DNA of 64,000 nucleotides, taken from a bacterium. GTDB lineage: Bacteria > Patescibacteriota > UBA1384 > XYA2-FULL-43-10 > JAKAMI01. The notes beneath the pieces were generated by a model. That model was not told where the DNA came from, made no database searches, and saw only the letters and a program-made list of their open reading frames with translations. The position numbers were made by a program, and so were the translations under genes. The DNA is taken from assembly GCA_021812945.1 (NCBI GenBank), contig JAKAMI010000001.1, positions 3,637 to 67,636 on the forward strand, given 5' to 3'. Below, piece by piece: positions 36,529-49,263 of this stretch; the stretch's first letter is position 1, and every line of letters starts with the position of its first letter.

Positions 36529-39500
36529 TCATTGTCCCCTCATTTTGGTCAAAAACCTCGGCACCCAGGAGAAAGAACCGGTAATGGCGTCCATAATCAT
36601 CTGGAAGAGCTGTTTCTGCTTGGGCGGAGTGATCAGCGAAAAATCATCGGAAAAAGACTGATTGGCAGACCGATCCTTTGAGGTGACTCTGGCGTGGTAA
36701 GCCGAGTTTGCCTTGAGATCGTTCAGGATAATGACGTGAGTTTGGTTGAGAGACAAGTCCTCCTTTGTTTTCGAATCGTATGTTCCGGAAACCCCTTGGC
36801 CGTATTCGACCTGGCTTGTTGCCGACTCGTCGGTCTCCCAAGAGATGATGGCCTGATATTTGATGGCATTACCCGAACCGCTGGAGGTAATCTCGCTCTT
36901 CAGATTGGAAATGACCGGCGGAGTGGTATCGGCAGTGGTGGTGAAACTTATCTGACCGGAAACCGCGGTGTTGCCGAACTTATCCGTGCCTCTGGCAGTC
37001 GCGGTGTAGCCTTGCTTGGCCACCAAGCCGATGATAGTCACCGAGTGAATGGTGGTAGAATCGGATTTGCCCTGCTGACCCTGCTGGATGGCGGTTGGCG
37101 CATTTTGATCGACAGCCCGGCCTTCAACTTGAATAGCGGCGACGGGGGAGGTGGAAGCAAATTCAACATTGGAATCGGTATTGACGTTGGTATTCCAGGC
37201 GAGGGTGGCCGAGTTGGCCGAAGTCTCAGTAGCTTTGAAATCGGAGATTATCGGCTGCGCCGGAGTGGAAAAGACATAATCGTCCGAGGTGGTAATGTTG
37301 CCGTCCGTGTCTGTGGCTTTGATGCGGAGGTGATAAATGGCGCCGTCTTTAAGCTTGTCAAGCTTAAACTTGTGCTCGGTATTTAAGGTGGTGTCGATCA
37401 GGGTTGCGCCATAGCCGGTGGAATCGCCATAGTCCAAGCTAGTGATCGAGAGTTTGGAGGTGGACCAGGAGACCAGCGCTCCGGTCTGGGTAATGTCGGA
37501 GATAGTGGTGCCGGAAATCAGAAGCAGGATCCGCTCCGGTGTGGTGAAATCCAGCACATCGGAGTAACCAGCAATCTGAATCTCGTTCTTGGAGATAACC
37601 TTAAAGTAGTATTTAGCGGCCGGATCAAGATTGTAAAGCCAGATCTCGTGATTTAGAGTCATCTTCGGATCGCCGGCGATCTTAACGACCCCGCCATTAT
37701 CCGCAGTCATATCATCTTTGGCGTGGATTGAACTGGTCGAATAGGCCACCGAGGAGTCAGCGTTCTGATCGGTATCCCAGCTGATCTTGGCGCGAACTCC
37801 TTGGTCTTGTTTCCAGCCGAAGAGCTCGACCTTGGGTTTGGCCGTGACATCGGGTGCCGAACCGGGTTGAGATGAGAGCGGGCCGGCCGGAATAGAGAGG
37901 TTGCCGGCAGTGTCTTCGGCCTGAACCTTGTAGGCGTAAGTAATGCTGGAGGAGAGGTTAATATCCAGAAAGCCGTTTTTGGTGGTGGTGTCGACCTGAG
38001 AGTAAGTTGCGCCGTCGGTCGAACGGAAAACATGATAAGTCTTGGGTACCGGCACCACGTCATCCCAGACCAACGTCAAACGATACTTATTTGTCGCTAT
38101 GGTTGACCCATCCTTGATGGCAAAGTTGGCCGGCGTGCCATACAGAGTTTTGGAGGTCTGGGTTAAATTGTTCTCAAGATCCCTAAACTTGAAGTAGATA
38201 ATGTTTTTGTTTTGCAAATCAAAGTTATTCTTTGACGTTGCGTAACTCTCCCAGGAACCGCCGGCAAAGCCGGAGTCCATCGAGATCATCATCTGGATCG
38301 GATTTGAGTCATCGGTGACGTTTAAGACCAAGTTGACCGAGCCTCCGGCCGAGGCATCGCTAACAATCGAGTTGACCAACGGGTTCTTGGAGTCCAGAGT
38401 CAACAAGCTGGAATCGGCATAAGCATTTGAGCCTTGAGCGGTGACTTTGACCCGCATCTTGAAGGTGTTGTTCAAGAATTGGCCGTCAAAATCGACTTTG
38501 GGATCAAAGTAGGCGGTGTATTGCGGCAGGCTGGCGTCACCGTTGAAGCTGCCGTTGGTCTGTCCGGATTGAGCAGGGGCCGAAGCATTGGCCCAGGAGT
38601 TGCCGCCGGAGTTAAAGTAAGCGAGACTGACTTGGCTCGGCCAACGCAGTTTATACATCACCTTGACCTTGCCCGGATTGGCCGGATCGGTGCGGTCGAG
38701 CTGGACCGCCGTTACCTCTCTGGGGGCAATGTCGGCCGGCACGGCGTCTAAGGTGATACTCTTGTCGGTTTCAAGGTAAGAGTTGTCCTGTTTTTTGTAG
38801 GCATAAGAAACTTTGTAGTAGTAGTGGTTGCCGTTGGTCAGACCGGTGTCGGTGTAGTCAGTGCGCGTGCCGGCAGTTACCGCCAGCGGGTTGGGAGTGG
38901 TAACGATCTTGCTGTAGTTGGTCGGAAAGGCGGAACAGTCGGTGGTCGGGCTTAAAACGGGGCCTGCGGCGCAACGATAAATATAGGCCTGCGGCGTCAA
39001 GCCAGTGTCGGCCGGTATGTCAAAAGGATTGGTCCAAGTCAGGGTGACTTGCTGATAACCCGGGGCGGCTTCGATCAGATCGTTGACAAGGCCGGTGTGG
39101 TCGGTGGCGGTGTGGCGCGAGCCGGGAATATGAGTGGTAACGTAGACTTTGCTCGGATTGTTGGTCGAGGCCGGAAAGATACCGGTCGAGGCCGGATTTT
39201 TCGAAGGATCGGCCGGTTCAAGCCGCGGATCGGTTTTTTTGGTTGAAGGATCGGTAGCATAAGTCGAAGTTGGATCGACACATTCTGAGGCCGAAAGACT
39301 TTGGTAGCCGCCGGTTTGGAACTTGAAGTAATTTGTCGGGGTGTTTTGCGGAGTAAAGGTATGTGCCCCGAGATCGCCGGCCGGAAACTGGAAACAGCCG
39401 GAAGAGTCGGTCGAAACGGTCTTAGTGTAAGGCAAAACCGCTTGGGCATCGGAAGAATAAAAGTAAACCATACCGGCCTTAGAAGTCGGATCGTAGCCGT

Positions 39501-42500
39501 AGTCGGTTTTGACATTGCCGAAAGCGTCGAAGGCCGTCAGGGTGACATTTTCGCTAAAAGTAGTGTCGACTTGTTTTTCGTAATTGACCGAATTTCGAGA
39601 AATGATCGGGGTGGTGGTAATGCCGAAATGGTCGATCGACTGCGGTTTGACCGTGATGGTAAAGTCGGAAAACTTGTTGCCGTTATCCGAGGTCTTGACC
39701 CGAAAACGCAGATCTGTGCCGGAAGTCACCACGTTGAAACCGCTGCCGGCAAACTGATGAACACCGTTGTCGGCGCCGGTGCCCGAAGTAAAAGTATAAT
39801 GGGTGAGATAATCGTTGGCAAAGGTAAAATTGGCCGTGGAGCTTGCCGGATTGCCCGGGGTATCCGAGCCGCGATAAAGCTCAAACCAGACTTGACCGGT
39901 AAAGTTGTCTTTGACGTTGTTGTAGGCGTCGTAGGCGGTGACGTTGGGATTGTAGGGAGCGGCGGAGAAGCCGGGGGTATCCCAGGTGAAGTTACTCATA
40001 GCAAATCTTTGGGAGGCCGTTTGCGGGTAGGAAGCTAAGCCGAAATGGTCGGTTGAAGCGGCCGTGACGAAAATATTACCAATAGCATCGTATCTACTAC
40101 CTTCGGAGTTGTGCACCACAATTGACTGATTATCCTTGGTCTTTAGAACAAAGCCGGTGCCGGGGAAAGTATGAGCCCCGTTGTCCCCTCCGGCGCCGGT
40201 CGTGAAGGTGTATTTTACAACGTCCGTATAGGGAAAAGTCGCCTGCGAGTCGGAGGAGTAAAACCAGATTTGGCCGGTCCAGTCGTTTTTGGTATTGCCG
40301 TAAACGTCTTTGACCGTGACCACGATGTCATTGGCCGGCGAGGTAAAGGGAGTGCCGGCCACGATGTTAGTCGGATAACCGGAAAGCTGGAAGGAGCCGA
40401 AACCGGCCGGCTTGACGGTGATGCCTTGCGTCGCGTCTGTCCAGCCCAGCGACGGCGTCTCGGAAACAGTGATGGTATAGGGCACGCCCACCGGATTGGG
40501 CGAGGTGTCCTTGTAAAAGAAATTGGCGGAGTTTGAACCGACGCCGATTGTCAGGGTGTTGCTCGGAACCGTGGTCAAGCAACCGCCATCAGAGTAAAAA
40601 TGGCCGGTGGCGGAGTTGGTTTGCAGCACAAAGTTTTTCGCTCCCTCGGTGGCGGTTAAGGCGACGTCCTCGTTAATGACGTTTCGAATGCGATACTCCA
40701 TAATCGCCGAGCAGAAGGTGACGGTAATGTTTTGGGCGGCGGTGGTAAAAGCGGTGTGATCGATCGGAGCCACGGTAAAGGAACGGGCGGCCGAGGCGGC
40801 AGACCAGTGCTTGGAGCCGTCAAAGGAGTCCACACCCTCGGGGTCGTAAGCATAAGCGCGATAGTAAAAGGTGTCGCCCTGATGAAGTGCGGTAGCCAAA
40901 GTCAGCACGGCATCGCGGCCCGAGGAGTAGCCGCTGGTGCCGGCGACTTTGCCGGTAGCCATATCCTGATTGGAGAAATTGGCCGTGCGGTTGCCGTCGT
41001 TTGGCGTTTGCGACACGGTCTCGTCGAAAGTCGAGACATTCTGGCTAAAGCTGGCATCGGTCGCCAGCTGCAACTTATATTGAATCCAGTCACCATCCGG
41101 ATCGGTCGAATTAAAGTGAAAAGCGATAAGTTGAGATTGGTTGATGGCGCCATCAGTCGAGGGCGCGGTAATGGTCGGAGCGCTCGGCGAGTGCTGAACT
41201 TGAATAGTGCCGTTGCCGCCGGCCGCGCCGCCACCAACACCGCAAGTACCGCCGGTGGCAGTCTTGGCGCCGGTATATGTATCAGTAGCCGGATAAATAG
41301 CTATTCGCCCTCCGCCTCCGCCGCCGCCAAAAGAGGCGCTGTTGCCGCCGTTGGCGGTAATGGTTGCGCCGGTGGTGCCGGACAATGTGCCCGAGACAAC
41401 CACTTGCACCGAGCCGCCCGAGCCGCCGCCAAAACCGGCCCCGCCATCGGTACCGTTGGCGGTGATCTTGCCGGTTGCGCCCATCGCCAAGTTGCCGGTG
41501 ACGTTCATCTTGACCATGCCACCGCCGGAGCCGGCGTTACCGGCCCCCGACTGGCCGGCGTGCCCGCCGCCCGAGCCAAGATAATTGTTGTTTGTCTGGC
41601 TGCCGTAGGCCGCGCCGCCAACTGAGCCGCCGGAAGAGTTGCCGCCGGCTCCGCCGTAACCGCCGCCCGAGCCATAGGCCCAGTTGGCCACCACGCTCCC
41701 GTGCCCGGGTCCGGCGTCTTGAGCAAAGCCGTTGCCGTCGGCCGAAACCGTCCCCGAAAGAGTCAGATTGCCCCCGACATTCAAAGTCGGCCAAGCACCC
41801 TGCGTGGGCGTGCCGGAGTTGTCCGAGAGCATCGTGAGGGAAGAATTGGAAGCTATCGTAACCGCCCCGGTAGTGGTGACGATTTGGTTTTTTGAAAGAG
41901 CAAAATTACCCTTGTTGAGGATTGAAATAGAATCAAAAGCGTATGTTGCAGTATCTGTAGATGTTTTGAGAAAAGTATACCCGGGACCAGTGTTACCGTT
42001 ATTGTTAACAATGAGTCTACCATTTGCTTCACCTGGATGTATCTCAAAAACCGTCCCTGCTGATGCATAGAAACCATTATAGGAACCAAGACTATAAGCT
42101 GAGTCAACTCCGTTATATGTCCATGAAGAATTTGCAGAAATCTTGACCCGACCACCACTTCCGGCACCGCAACCAGTCGAGTACCCATTAGCCGATATGG
42201 CCCCATTTCCCGCAAAGTTAACCGTTGTAATATTTATAGAACCACCAGCTGCACTTTGATTGTTTCCCCCATTCGCCAAAATACTATTGGTCGAGTTGGC
42301 GCTTACTGTTCCGGTGGCATTTATTGCCGCTACACCACCACCACCGGTAGAATAGCCACAAACAGCAGTCCCTCCAAGTAACGAAGGATTCGAGTAGTCA
42401 CCAAAAGCATCGCCCTGCGGGTACCCCTGGCCGCCATAACTATAATTACCAGTACCTAATAATCCTTGGGTTGAAACATCTATTTTACCGCCATTCTGCA

Positions 42501-45500
42501 GAGTCAAATTAACAAGGTTAAGTATAAGTTTGTAGCTCTCAGACGTCGTATTTGCTACATGTGACACAACACCACCAGTATCAACAGTCATATTAAAGAG
42601 CGCTCCTCCGCTAGAATCTGTAATTTTACCAGTAATACTCCCCCCACTCGGTGCCTGATACCAGCCTGTATCGCAAAGCGTCGTGCCGTCGGCTTTTTTG
42701 CAGGTCGTACCCATCTCGAGGGTGTAATTCGAAACCGTCCAGCCAGTCGCCGGAACTTTCAGAGTACCATAAACGTCAAGCACACCGCTGGTCGCGCTGC
42801 CTGTAAAAGGAGTATTGGCCGAAATATCTAGTGTTTGGCCCGTAAAGATTGCTAATCGGCCCTGGTTCTTGACAGTTATCACATCAAACACGTACGATCC
42901 ACTGTCGCTTGAGGTTTTAAGGGCTGTGTTTTGAGAAGTCGCTTGGTTCGAGTTATCAATAATAATTTCACCGTTTGCTTCCCCGGGTTTTCTGACAAAA
43001 ACCGTTCCAGCAGCCCCCACATTGCCTCCGCCCCAATTACCACCATAGGCAACAGCTGAACTAACCGAATATGTCCCGGTGGCCTCCAAAGCGATTCTTC
43101 CACCCGATCCTCCGGGGTAAGCACTGCCGTCGCTCGCAGAAACAGTACCGGTACTTGTCAGGTTTGTGGTCTTTAGCCATATGCTACCGCCGGCGCCGTT
43201 TGAGGGCGCATTGGATAAGATACTGCCACTATTTGTCACGCTGGTTGCTATAATTTTGGCTACACCTCCTCCGGCTTGGCCGCCATAGTACTGAGTACCG
43301 CCGCTACCCAAGCGGTTGGGGGAATCATAACTGCCGTATTGGCTATTGGTATATCCATAACCATCACCGCCATATGAGCCACCCCTAGAGTTCAAAGCGC
43401 CGCCGGCCGGTCCCTGAATATATCCCATACCAGAGACGTCTACTTTACCCCCAGTTTGAATAGTTAAAGATCTCAAATTAACAATAAGTTTGTACTGTTC
43501 GGTGCTTGTATTCTGAACTAAATTGTAGGCTTGGGATAATGCTCCACCACTGGCTATCGTCAGATCCACAACATTACCACCAGTCGGATCGGTTATCTTG
43601 CCATAGAGGGTTGTATTGGCCGTAGTGTCGTCCCAACCGGGATCGCATCCGCCCCCGGCATTTTTGACACAACTGGTGCCGACGCCTAGAGTATAATTGG
43701 ATACCGTATAACTGGTCGGGACTTTGATCGTACCAAAAGTAGTTAGAGACCCAGTGCCATCCCCGCCGATAGTGGTGCCCGAAGTAATATCGAAAACCTT
43801 AGAGGTTCCGTTAATATCAAGTTTTCCGCCGGAATTGAGAGTAATGGCCGTAAAAGTGCTTCCGCCCGTGGAATTTTGAACGCTGTTCGACGAGGCTCCG
43901 TTATCAACGAGTCTGAAGCCGGAAATTGTTGGCGAATCTTTGAGCTTTATTACTCCGGTAGCCTTGATAAGCCCGGTACAATAGTAGCCGATAGCGTCAG
44001 CGCCACCGCCGTAAGTATTGCAGGCGCCACCGCCGGTAATGTCAAAAGCTGAGGCGTTTACGGTTTGGCCGGAAACAATTTCCAGCCGGCTTCCCTTATT
44101 GACTGTGATTGCATCAAACGTATATACCCCTGTGTCAGTCTCTCCCATCAGGGTTGCGCCAAGATCTGAGCCGTTGTCGAGACCGGCGTTATCCAAAACT
44201 AATCGCCCATTGGTGTCCCCAGGCCGTTTCTCATAAACCGTGCCGTTACCCCCGGCATCATTCCAGCCATCAACTACCTTGCTTGCCGACTCAGTTCCGC
44301 TAAAAGACCAAACGCCCGTTGCATAAATCGCTAATCGTCCACCACCGCCCGATGACGGAGCACAACAGCCATTTGAACCGCTCCTAGTCACGACTGAACC
44401 GTTACCCGAAAAGGACGCCGAGGTTATCCAAATACTACCTCCCGAGCCTCCGCCAGAACCTGTACCCGATGCCGACATTGTTCCGTTAACCGCCACTGAA
44501 CCGGTTGAGGTGATTTTGATCGCCCCACCAGAATTACCGCCACTGCCCAAGCTTACCGGTTGTGAATAACTCCCATAAGTAGCGTGGGTAGAATTATTAG
44601 CTGATCTGCCTCCATACTCACTGGTCGTTTTTAAGCCGGGGCCGTTTGATTTGCCTTTTGCGTCAGCGTTCATATTACCGTTGGTACCAATAACAAGACT
44701 GCCTACGGCATATTCATTCCCCCGCCCGTCAGCCAAACTACCATGCAATACAGTCGTGTCTCCGTCCGAGGTCACTATACCAGAATTGATAATAAATTCG
44801 CCGGTAATATTAATCTTATACGGGTCAACGTTCTGCGACGGCTTATTTTGAAAATTAATCGTGCCGGAGTAACCGGTCTCCACATATAGGCCGCCGAGAC
44901 CATCGACAATACCGTTGCCGGAGGTGAAAGTTGTTACCGTGCAATTTTGGACCGAAGATGGGTCAAAGACAACGATGTCGCCAGCCGCCGGCGCCCCTGA
45001 AGGCGTCCAGTTGGCTGCGGTTTCCCAGTTTCCGGCTGCCGCGGCGGTCCAGCGTTTGACACTCGGGGCGTAGTTTAAATTGTAAGGGCTGGCCGTACCG
45101 GAGACAAAGACCACCGGAGAATAGGAGTTAATGCCGCTGTTTCTGTTTGTAAATATTTTCGCGGATGCGGCCACCCAAGCGAACGAACCACTTAACGTCG
45201 CATTGTGCCCACCGCTAGAGGAATCGGCAGCTAATGTTCCAGATCCTTCATCAAAATGCCACAACCCAACGGTATTGCCGTCGGTTGTAAACTGATTTAT
45301 TGGGGGGGGAAAACTAGATGTATAACGCGCGATGTTTGAGATTCTAAGTTCGTCGATTGTTCCAAAATTTTGCCCTCCATAGGCCATACTGTTGCCAAGC
45401 ACAGTAATATCATCTGTCAGCTGCATATTTGCCGTCCCAACAAGCAAGCCGTCAATATACATTTTCGTCGTCCCGGAACTGCCAACCCCAGTAAGATAAT

Positions 45501-48210
45501 GCCACCCTGAAGTTAAACTAGTTACATTATAATTCGACGTGTAGAAGTTCCCGTTATAAACCCCCAACTGGCCATCTCTTTCAACAACAATATGCTGGTT
45601 ACTTATGGTGCCCTTTACAAGTGTCCGACGACCGTCACCGGTTGTTGGCAAAGGAAATTGCACCCACGCCTCCACTGTCCAAGTGCTACCAATTACAACA
45701 TTTGATACAGTGCCAGAACCAGAACTTGGGGAATTAAAGTTTATTGCTGCATTACTGGATCCCGTTTGCGTAACAGGTGTCGGCTTCAGTGCTGCCTGGG
45801 CGATCAGGTTGTTGCCGTTATCGGTGGTGACGGCCACGGCCACGCCGAAAGTGCCGGCAGAGCCGATTTTTTCCGCATACTTGATATTGTAAGAATTGAC
45901 CCCGACGTATTCCGAGTAGTAAAGGTAGATGGCATCGTTTAAGCCCAGGCCGAGACTGGGATTTTTGTCATTGGCGTGGCTGGCGCCGGTGGTGACGGCG
46001 GTTGAGGCGGCGTCCCAGCTGGCGGCGGCGTTGGCACATTTGCGGTATTTGATCCCGACCGAGTTGTCTTTCCAGGCCAGATGGAGGTAGTGATCGCTGG
46101 TTTCCTGCCCGATCGAGAACTCTTGGTTTAGGGCGGTTCCGACATCGGAGGCGATGGTCTCGTTGGCCCAGCCGGCCGTTTGGAAAGTGCCGGCAGTGGC
46201 GTAGTTCCACCTGAGAGAAGCATTGGCGAAGTTGTAGATAACAGCCGGATTATCATTCCAGAGAGTGAGGGCGGGGTAAGTGGCGGCATTGGTGTTGACG
46301 GCGGCCGATAATGTTGACGCCGCACCCCAAGTCGAGCCGTCGGCGGCAGTTGAGGCTTTGGCTTTGATAGTGTAGTTGGTGGCATCATAATACCGATAAG
46401 CGACAAAGATGGTGCCGGAAGATGTGACCGCAACGGCGGGGAAAGCCTGGGAAGTGCCGGCGCTCTCGACGGTTCTTTCGGTGCCGGTGGAGGTGATGGC
46501 GTGGGTAGCGGTGTCATAGGTCATCTGGCGGTAGAAGATGTAAGAGTTGGTGCCATTGTTGGAGTAGGCCAGATGGATCTTGTTGTCGGCGGTAATCCAA
46601 GAAGAGAAGCCGTAGTCATCGGTTAGAGTCGAGGCAAAGATTTGGGTGCCGGTGGCGCTCCAGGTGTTGCCGTGGTCGGAAGAGATTTTATATGAGAGGC
46701 CGTTACCGTCGGAGTAGATGTTGACCATATCCCCGTTGGTCGCCTCCAGTAGCGTCCGGTCTTTGGAGAAGGAGTTGGGGTTGGTGGTGGTGGAGGTAGC
46801 GACGGTGACGGTGGGGTCAATGGTTAGAGGATACTCAGGCGAGCCAAGACAGTCTTTCGGGGCATTGGCAAAGACTGTCTGGTTGCCGCTGCCTGAAAGA
46901 CTGTTGTCGCTGCCCGGAGACGACAGTCTTTGCCGGTAACAGGCATTGGTTTGAGCCAGCCAGTTTGGATCGATCTCATAGCGAGCTAGGTTGGCGCTTT
47001 GGTCTAGGGTTAGTTTAATCTTGTCGTCGAAATGATTGCCGGTTTTATCGGTTAAGGTCGCTTTGAGTAGGGTGAAGAGTCCCTCCTGAGTTTGTTGGTC
47101 TTTTAGCACATAGGAGCTGTCCGGGTTAGAGATGATACTTAAGTTGCTTAAATTACTTAAGTTAAAATCAATGGATGAAATGCTTCCAAGAGCTTTGGGT
47201 GAGTTTAGAACAAGGTCTTCTTTGAGCTTACCCGGGCTGACTTGGTAGTTGGCGGTAATCTCGGGGTTGATCTCGAGGGAGTACTTTTGCTTGGCTCCGT
47301 CGTTTTCGCGGATCTTGACACCGGAGGCAACCTCTTTCTTGGTTTTGACGTCATCCGATGTAACAGCTTTTGGCACATTGGGAGTATTTGTCTCGTTGGT
47401 CAGATTAGTCCCGTTGGTCGGGTTGGAACTGTCCGATGGAACATCAGCGGCTTGAGCAGTTTCAGCGAAGACAGCTTCAGCCAAGACAGTCTTTTTAGCT
47501 TCAGCAAAGACAGTCTTGTTGCTCCCCGAAAGACTGTTATCACTGCCCGAAGATGACAGTCTTTGCCGGTTTAAGGCAACCTGATCTTTGGGGACTAGAA
47601 GATCGAAACCGACTTTTCTAACCTCACCGTCTTTGTTCTGGGTAGCCACCGAGACCGAGGCATTTCTGGTTGTACGATCGGAGAGGTTGACCGTTAGCTG
47701 GTCGGAAGAACCGGTGATCGCGGCCGAGTCGTCAACTTTACCTTTGGCTTTTTCCTGAACATTGGGAATGTCCGCTCGCGAGCCGACAACAGCCACCGAA
47801 ACCGATTTAAGTCCGGAGAAAGGCTGATTGGCTTTTGTCTCCGAAAACGAGGAGGCATACAAGCTCAGCCCGAACACAAAAGACAGGCAGACCAAAGCCA
47901 AAGCTGAAATGTTTATCTTGGAGGCGTTGGGGTTTAAGTGCCAGAGGTAGTACCACCGCCACTTCATCCTGAGATTGTTGTGGACCGGGATAAAGAATCG
48001 AAAGCTAGTGCGAGTCGAGTTTTGAATGGACATCAACTGATTATTGAGCTTGGATTCGACATCCTGGCCACTGAACGATTCCGGTAATTTACCGGAAAGT
48101 TTGGCTGACCGGATAATTTTTTGCACCAGAAAAACGGCCGCCCCTTTAGGGAAAGTCAGAATTTTATGGATGATGTACCGGATTTTTAACATATAACCAC
48201 TAATAATCAC
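36529..48210 (-). CDS. Giant (3,893 aa) surface/adhesin-like protein. N-terminal membrane anchor, LamG-like lectin, BNR/Asp-box, long Gly/Ser-rich parallel beta-helix repeats, multiple FN3-like domains.
   Basis: Single uninterrupted ORF. BNR motif SDHGNTWS, LamG-like [19 protein letters not shown], extensive GGSGG/SGGSGGRI repeats, FN3-like C-terminal modules. Contains two in-frame REP-derived segments. Confidence 0.8.
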   Translation of the reverse strand: MIISGYMLKIRYIIHKILTFPKGAAVFLVQKIIRSAKLSGKLPESFSGQDVESKLNNQLMSIQNSTRTSFRFFIPVHNNLRMKWRWYYLWHLNPNASKINISALALVCLSFVFGLSLYASSFSETKANQPFSGLKSVSVAVVGSRADIPNVQEKAKGKVDDSAAITGSSDQLTVNLSDRTTRNASVSVATQNKDGEVRKVGFDLLVPKDQVALNRQRLSSSGSDNSLSGSNKTVFAEAKKTVLAEAVFAETAQAADVPSDSSNPTNGTNLTNETNTPNVPKAVTSDDVKTKKEVASGVKIRENDGAKQKYSLEINPEITANYQVSPGKLKEDLVLNSPKALGSISSIDFNLSNLSNLSIISNPDSSYVLKDQQTQEGLFTLLKATLTDKTGNHFDDKIKLTLDQSANLARYEIDPNWLAQTNACYRQRLSSPGSDNSLSGSGNQTVFANAPKDCLGSPEYPLTIDPTVTVATSTTTNPNSFSKDRTLLEATNGDMVNIYSDGNGLSYKISSDHGNTWSATGTQIFASTLTDDYGFSSWITADNKIHLAYSNNGTNSYIFYRQMTYDTATHAITSTGTERTVESAGTSQAFPAVAVTSSGTIFVAYRYYDATNYTIKAKASTAADGSTWGAASTLSAAVNTNAATYPALTLWNDNPAVIYNFANASLRWNYATAGTFQTAGWANETIASDVGTALNQEFSIGQETSDHYLHLAWKDNSVGIKYRKCANAAASWDAASTAVTTGASHANDKNPSLGLGLNDAIYLYYSEYVGVNSYNIKYAEKIGSAGTFGVAVAVTTDNGNNLIAQAALKPTPVTQTGSSNAAINFNSPSSGSGTVSNVVIGSTWTVEAWVQFPLPTTGDGRRTLVKGTISNQHIVVERDGQLGVYNGNFYTSNYNVTSLTSGWHYLTGVGSSGTTKMYIDGLLVGTANMQLTDDITVLGNSMAYGGQNFGTIDELRISNIARYTSSFPPPINQFTTDGNTVGLWHFDEGSGTLAADSSSGGHNATLSGSFAWVAASAKIFTNRNSGINSYSPVVFVSGTASPYNLNYAPSVKRWTAAAAGNWETAANWTPSGAPAAGDIVVFDPSSVQNCTVTTFTSGNGIVDGLGGLYVETGYSGTINFQNKPSQNVDPYKINITGEFIINSGIVTSDGDTTVLHGSLADGRGNEYAVGSLVIGTNGNMNADAKGKSNGPGLKTTSEYGGRSANNSTHATYGSYSQPVSLGSGGNSGGAIKITSTGSVAVNGTMSASGTGSGGGSGGSIWITSASFSGNGSVVTRSGSNGCCAPSSGGGGRLAIYATGVWSFSGTESASKVVDGWNDAGGNGTVYEKRPGDTNGRLVLDNAGLDNGSDLGATLMGETDTGVYTFDAITVNKGSRLEIVSGQTVNASAFDITGGGACNTYGGGADAIGYYCTGLIKATGVIKLKDSPTISGFRLVDNGASSNSVQNSTGGSTFTAITLNSGGKLDINGTSKVFDITSGTTIGGDGTGSLTTFGTIKVPTSYTVSNYTLGVGTSCVKNAGGGCDPGWDDTTANTTLYGKITDPTGGNVVDLTIASGGALSQAYNLVQNTSTEQYKLIVNLRSLTIQTGGKVDVSGMGYIQGPAGGALNSRGGSYGGDGYGYTNSQYGSYDSPNRLGSGGTQYYGGQAGGGVAKIIATSVTNSGSILSNAPSNGAGGSIWLKTTNLTSTGTVSASDGSAYPGGSGGRIALEATGTYSVSSAVAYGGNWGGGNVGAAGTVFVRKPGEANGEIIIDNSNQATSQNTALKTSSDSGSYVFDVITVKNQGRLAIFTGQTLDISANTPFTGSATSGVLDVYGTLKVPATGWTVSNYTLEMGTTCKKADGTTLCDTGWYQAPSGGSITGKITDSSGGALFNMTVDTGGVVSHVANTTSESYKLILNLVNLTLQNGGKIDVSTQGLLGTGNYSYGGQGYPQGDAFGDYSNPSLLGGTAVCGYSTGGGGVAAINATGTVSANSTNSILANGGNNQSAAGGSINITTVNFAGNGAISANGYSTGCGAGSGGRVKISANSSWTYNGVDSAYSLGSYNGFYASAGTVFEIHPGEANGRLIVNNNGNTGPGYTFLKTSTDTATYAFDSISILNKGNFALSKNQIVTTTGAVTIASNSSLTMLSDNSGTPTQGAWPTLNVGGNLTLSGTVSADGNGFAQDAGPGHGSVVANWAYGSGGGYGGAGGNSSGGSVGGAAYGSQTNNNYLGSGGGHAGQSGAGNAGSGGGMVKMNVTGNLAMGATGKITANGTDGGAGFGGGSGGSVQVVVSGTLSGTTGATITANGGNSASFGGGGGGGRIAIYPATDTYTGAKTATGGTCGVGGGAAGGNGTIQVQHSPSAPTITAPSTDGAINQSQLIAFHFNSTDPDGDWIQYKLQLATDASFSQNVSTFDETVSQTPNDGNRTANFSNQDMATGKVAGTSGYSSGRDAVLTLATALHQGDTFYYRAYAYDPEGVDSFDGSKHWSAASAARSFTVAPIDHTAFTTAAQNITVTFCSAIMEYRIRNVINEDVALTATEGAKNFVLQTNSATGHFYSDGGCLTTVPSNTLTIGVGSNSANFFYKDTSPNPVGVPYTITVSETPSLGWTDATQGITVKPAGFGSFQLSGYPTNIVAGTPFTSPANDIVVTVKDVYGNTKNDWTGQIWFYSSDSQATFPYTDVVKYTFTTGAGGDNGAHTFPGTGFVLKTKDNQSIVVHNSEGSRYDAIGNIFVTAASTDHFGLASYPQTASQRFAMSNFTWDTPGFSAAPYNPNVTAYDAYNNVKDNFTGQVWFELYRGSDTPGNPASSTANFTFANDYLTHYTFTSGTGADNGVHQFAGSGFNVVTSGTDLRFRVKTSDNGNKFSDFTITVKPQSIDHFGITTTPIISRNSVNYEKQVDTTFSENVTLTAFDAFGNVKTDYGYDPTSKAGMVYFYSSDAQAVLPYTKTVSTDSSGCFQFPAGDLGAHTFTPQNTPTNYFKFQTGGYQSLSASECVDPTSTYATDPSTKKTDPRLEPADPSKNPASTGIFPASTNNPSKVYVTTHIPGSRHTATDHTGLVNDLIEAAPGYQQVTLTWTNPFDIPADTGLTPQAYIYRCAAGPVLSPTTDCSAFPTNYSKIVTTPNPLAVTAGTRTDYTDTGLTNGNHYYYKVSYAYKKQDNSYLETDKSITLDAVPADIAPREVTAVQLDRTDPANPGKVKVMYKLRWPSQVSLAYFNSGGNSWANASAPAQSGQTNGSFNGDASLPQYTAYFDPKVDFDGQFLNNTFKMRVKVTAQGSNAYADSSLLTLDSKNPLVNSIVSDASAGGSVNLVLNVTDDSNPIQMMISMDSGFAGGSWESYATSKNNFDLQNKNIIYFKFRDLENNLTQTSKTLYGTPANFAIKDGSTIATNKYRLTLVWDDVVPVPKTYHVFRSTDGATYSQVDTTTKNGFLDINLSSSITYAYKVQAEDTAGNLSIPAGPLSSQPGSAPDVTAKPKVELFGWKQDQGVRAKISWDTDQNADSSVAYSTSSIHAKDDMTADNGGVVKIAGDPKMTLNHEIWLYNLDPAAKYYFKVISKNEIQIAGYSDVLDFTTPERILLLISGTTISDITQTGALVSWSTSKLSITSLDYGDSTGYGATLIDTTLNTEHKFKLDKLKDGAIYHLRIKATDTDGNITTSDDYVFSTPAQPIISDFKATETSANSATLAWNTNVNTDSNVEFASTSPVAAIQVEGRAVDQNAPTAIQQGQQGKSDSTTIHSVTIIGLVAKQGYTATARGTDKFGNTAVSGQISFTTTADTTPPVISNLKSEITSSGSGNAIKYQAIISWETDESATSQVEYGQGVSGTYDSKTKEDLSLNQTHVIILNDLKANSAYHARVTSKDRSANQSFSDDFSLITPPKQKQLFQMIMDAITGSFSWVPRFLTKMRGQ
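46848..46935. repeat. REP-derived segment embedded in-frame in the giant protein gene
   Basis: CAAGACAGTCTTTCGGGGCATTGGCAAAGACTGTCTGG...GAAAGACTGTTGTCGCTGCCCGGAGACGACAGTCTTTGCC. Encodes [29 protein letters not shown]. Confidence 0.65.
47465..47575. repeat. REP-derived segment embedded in-frame in the giant protein gene (second copy)
   Basis: GAAGACAGCTTCAGCCAAGACAGTCTTTTTAGCTTCAGCAAAGACAGTCTTG...GAAAGACTGTTATCACTGCCCGAAGATGACAGTCTTTGCC. Encodes [36 protein letters not shown]. Confidence 0.65.
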
Positions 48211-48221
48211 TAAAACTCAGT

Positions 48222-48260
48222 GATAACAGTCATTTTAAATGCAGTAATGACTGTCATCTT
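48222..48260. repeat. REP-like palindrome variant (AACAGTCATTTT...TAATGACTGTCAT) upstream of the giant gene
   Basis: GTGATAACAGTCATTTTAAATGCAGTAATGACTGTCATC. Confidence 0.6.
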
Positions 48261-48859
48261 TTTTGAATATATTTTTTGAGCAAATCAGCCAAATCGGAAG
48301 CCGAGGGCACCGCCGAGACCCCTTGCCGCAAAATCTCGATCGCCCGATCGGTCTTATTATCATTGTAATACATCACCGCCAGATTCATATACGAATAGGT
48401 TAGATGCGGATCGAGTCCGATGGCTTGTTTGTAGGCTGATTCGGCTTTTTCGGTTTGATTCTGATCCCGATAGATGTTGCCAAGATTGTTATAAATCATT
48501 GCGATTGACGACTTATTGGCTTTAGGGGACTGGGAAGCGATCGCGTAATACTTTTCGGAGCCGGCATAATCTTTTAAGCCGTAGTAGGCCATGGCTAGGC
48601 TGTAAACGGTGTTGTAATCGTTTGGTCTGAGCTCGTTTGCCTGCAACAATTTATCGACGCTTTCCTGATAGTTGCGGTTTGAAAGCGCTTCCTGGCCTTG
48701 GTTGAATAATTCGGTCGCCCGCTTGTTCCGCTTCTCGTCAGAATTTTTCTTCGATTTGGGCAACAGAATAAACAGCAGGACCAAAACAACCGCCAAAACA
48801 ATCAGCGCAATCAAAAGTTTGAACCAGCGTTTTTTTCTAATGTTTTTTGGATTGGTCAT
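48254..48859 (-). CDS. TPR-repeat protein with N-terminal TM anchor
   Basis: Three or more TPR units (YSLAMAYYGLKDYAGSEKYY, NLGNIYRDQNQTEKAESAYKQAI, MNLAVMYYNDNKTDRAIEIL). Confidence 0.75.
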   Translation of the reverse strand: MTNPKNIRKKRWFKLLIALIVLAVVLVLLFILLPKSKKNSDEKRNKRATELFNQGQEALSNRNYQESVDKLLQANELRPNDYNTVYSLAMAYYGLKDYAGSEKYYAIASQSPKANKSSIAMIYNNLGNIYRDQNQTEKAESAYKQAIGLDPHLTYSYMNLAVMYYNDNKTDRAIEILRQGVSAVPSASDLADLLKKYIQKR

Positions 48860-48906
48860 AGGTTAATCCCCATTTGCCCAATTGGACAAATTAGTCCAAT
48901 TGGTTT

Positions 48907-49086
48907 TTACCGGACAATACCGGCCAGCATTCTCACTACGAAAATGGCCATAGCGAAGCCGAAAACGGCACACAAGAAATAAATCAGAAAAGTAACCACA
49001 TACCAGCTTGACTGGCGCGTGATCACCAGCTTGGCCAGATCTTCTTCCGACACCGTGTATTTATGATTTTGAACGGTAGCAACCAT
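48907..49086 (-). CDS. Small hypothetical membrane protein (~59 aa), below the ORF-track cutoff
   Basis: MVATVQNHKYTVSEEDLAKLVITRQSSWYVVTFLIYFLCAVFGFAMAIFVVRMLAGIVR. Confidence 0.35.
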   Translation of the reverse strand: MVATVQNHKYTVSEEDLAKLVITRQSSWYVVTFLIYFLCAVFGFAMAIFVVRMLAGIVR

Positions 49087-49089
49087 AGA

Positions 49090-49235
49090 TTCCTAAAATT
49101 CTAAACTCTAAATTCTAAATCCTAATGAAATTCAAAGCTTCAAATTCAAAAACCCTAAACTTTTTTGAGTTTTGAATTTCAAAATTTTGAATTTTTTTAG
49201 AGTTTAGAGTTTCGGATTTAGAGTTTTTAGACATC
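49090..49235. repeat. Large nested palindrome built from TCTAAA(T/C) heptamer arrays and TTTGAATTT inverted core
   Basis: CCTAAAATTCTAAACTCTAAATTCTAAATCCTAA ... ATTCAAAGCTTCAAATTCAAAAA/TTTGAGTTTTGAATTTCAAAATTTTGAATTT ... TTTAGAGTTTAGAGTTTCGGATTTAGAGTTTTTAG. Confidence 0.7.
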
Positions 49236-49263
49236 GGTCCCAAGTAATTAATTTAGTTTGCTA

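Noticed and set aside
36644-47556. Numerous plus- and minus-frame ORFs inside 36529-48210
   Set aside because: They are antisense or out-of-frame to the single 11.7-kb giant ORF. Gly/Pro/Arg-rich translations are typical of GC-rich repeat DNA read in the wrong frame.
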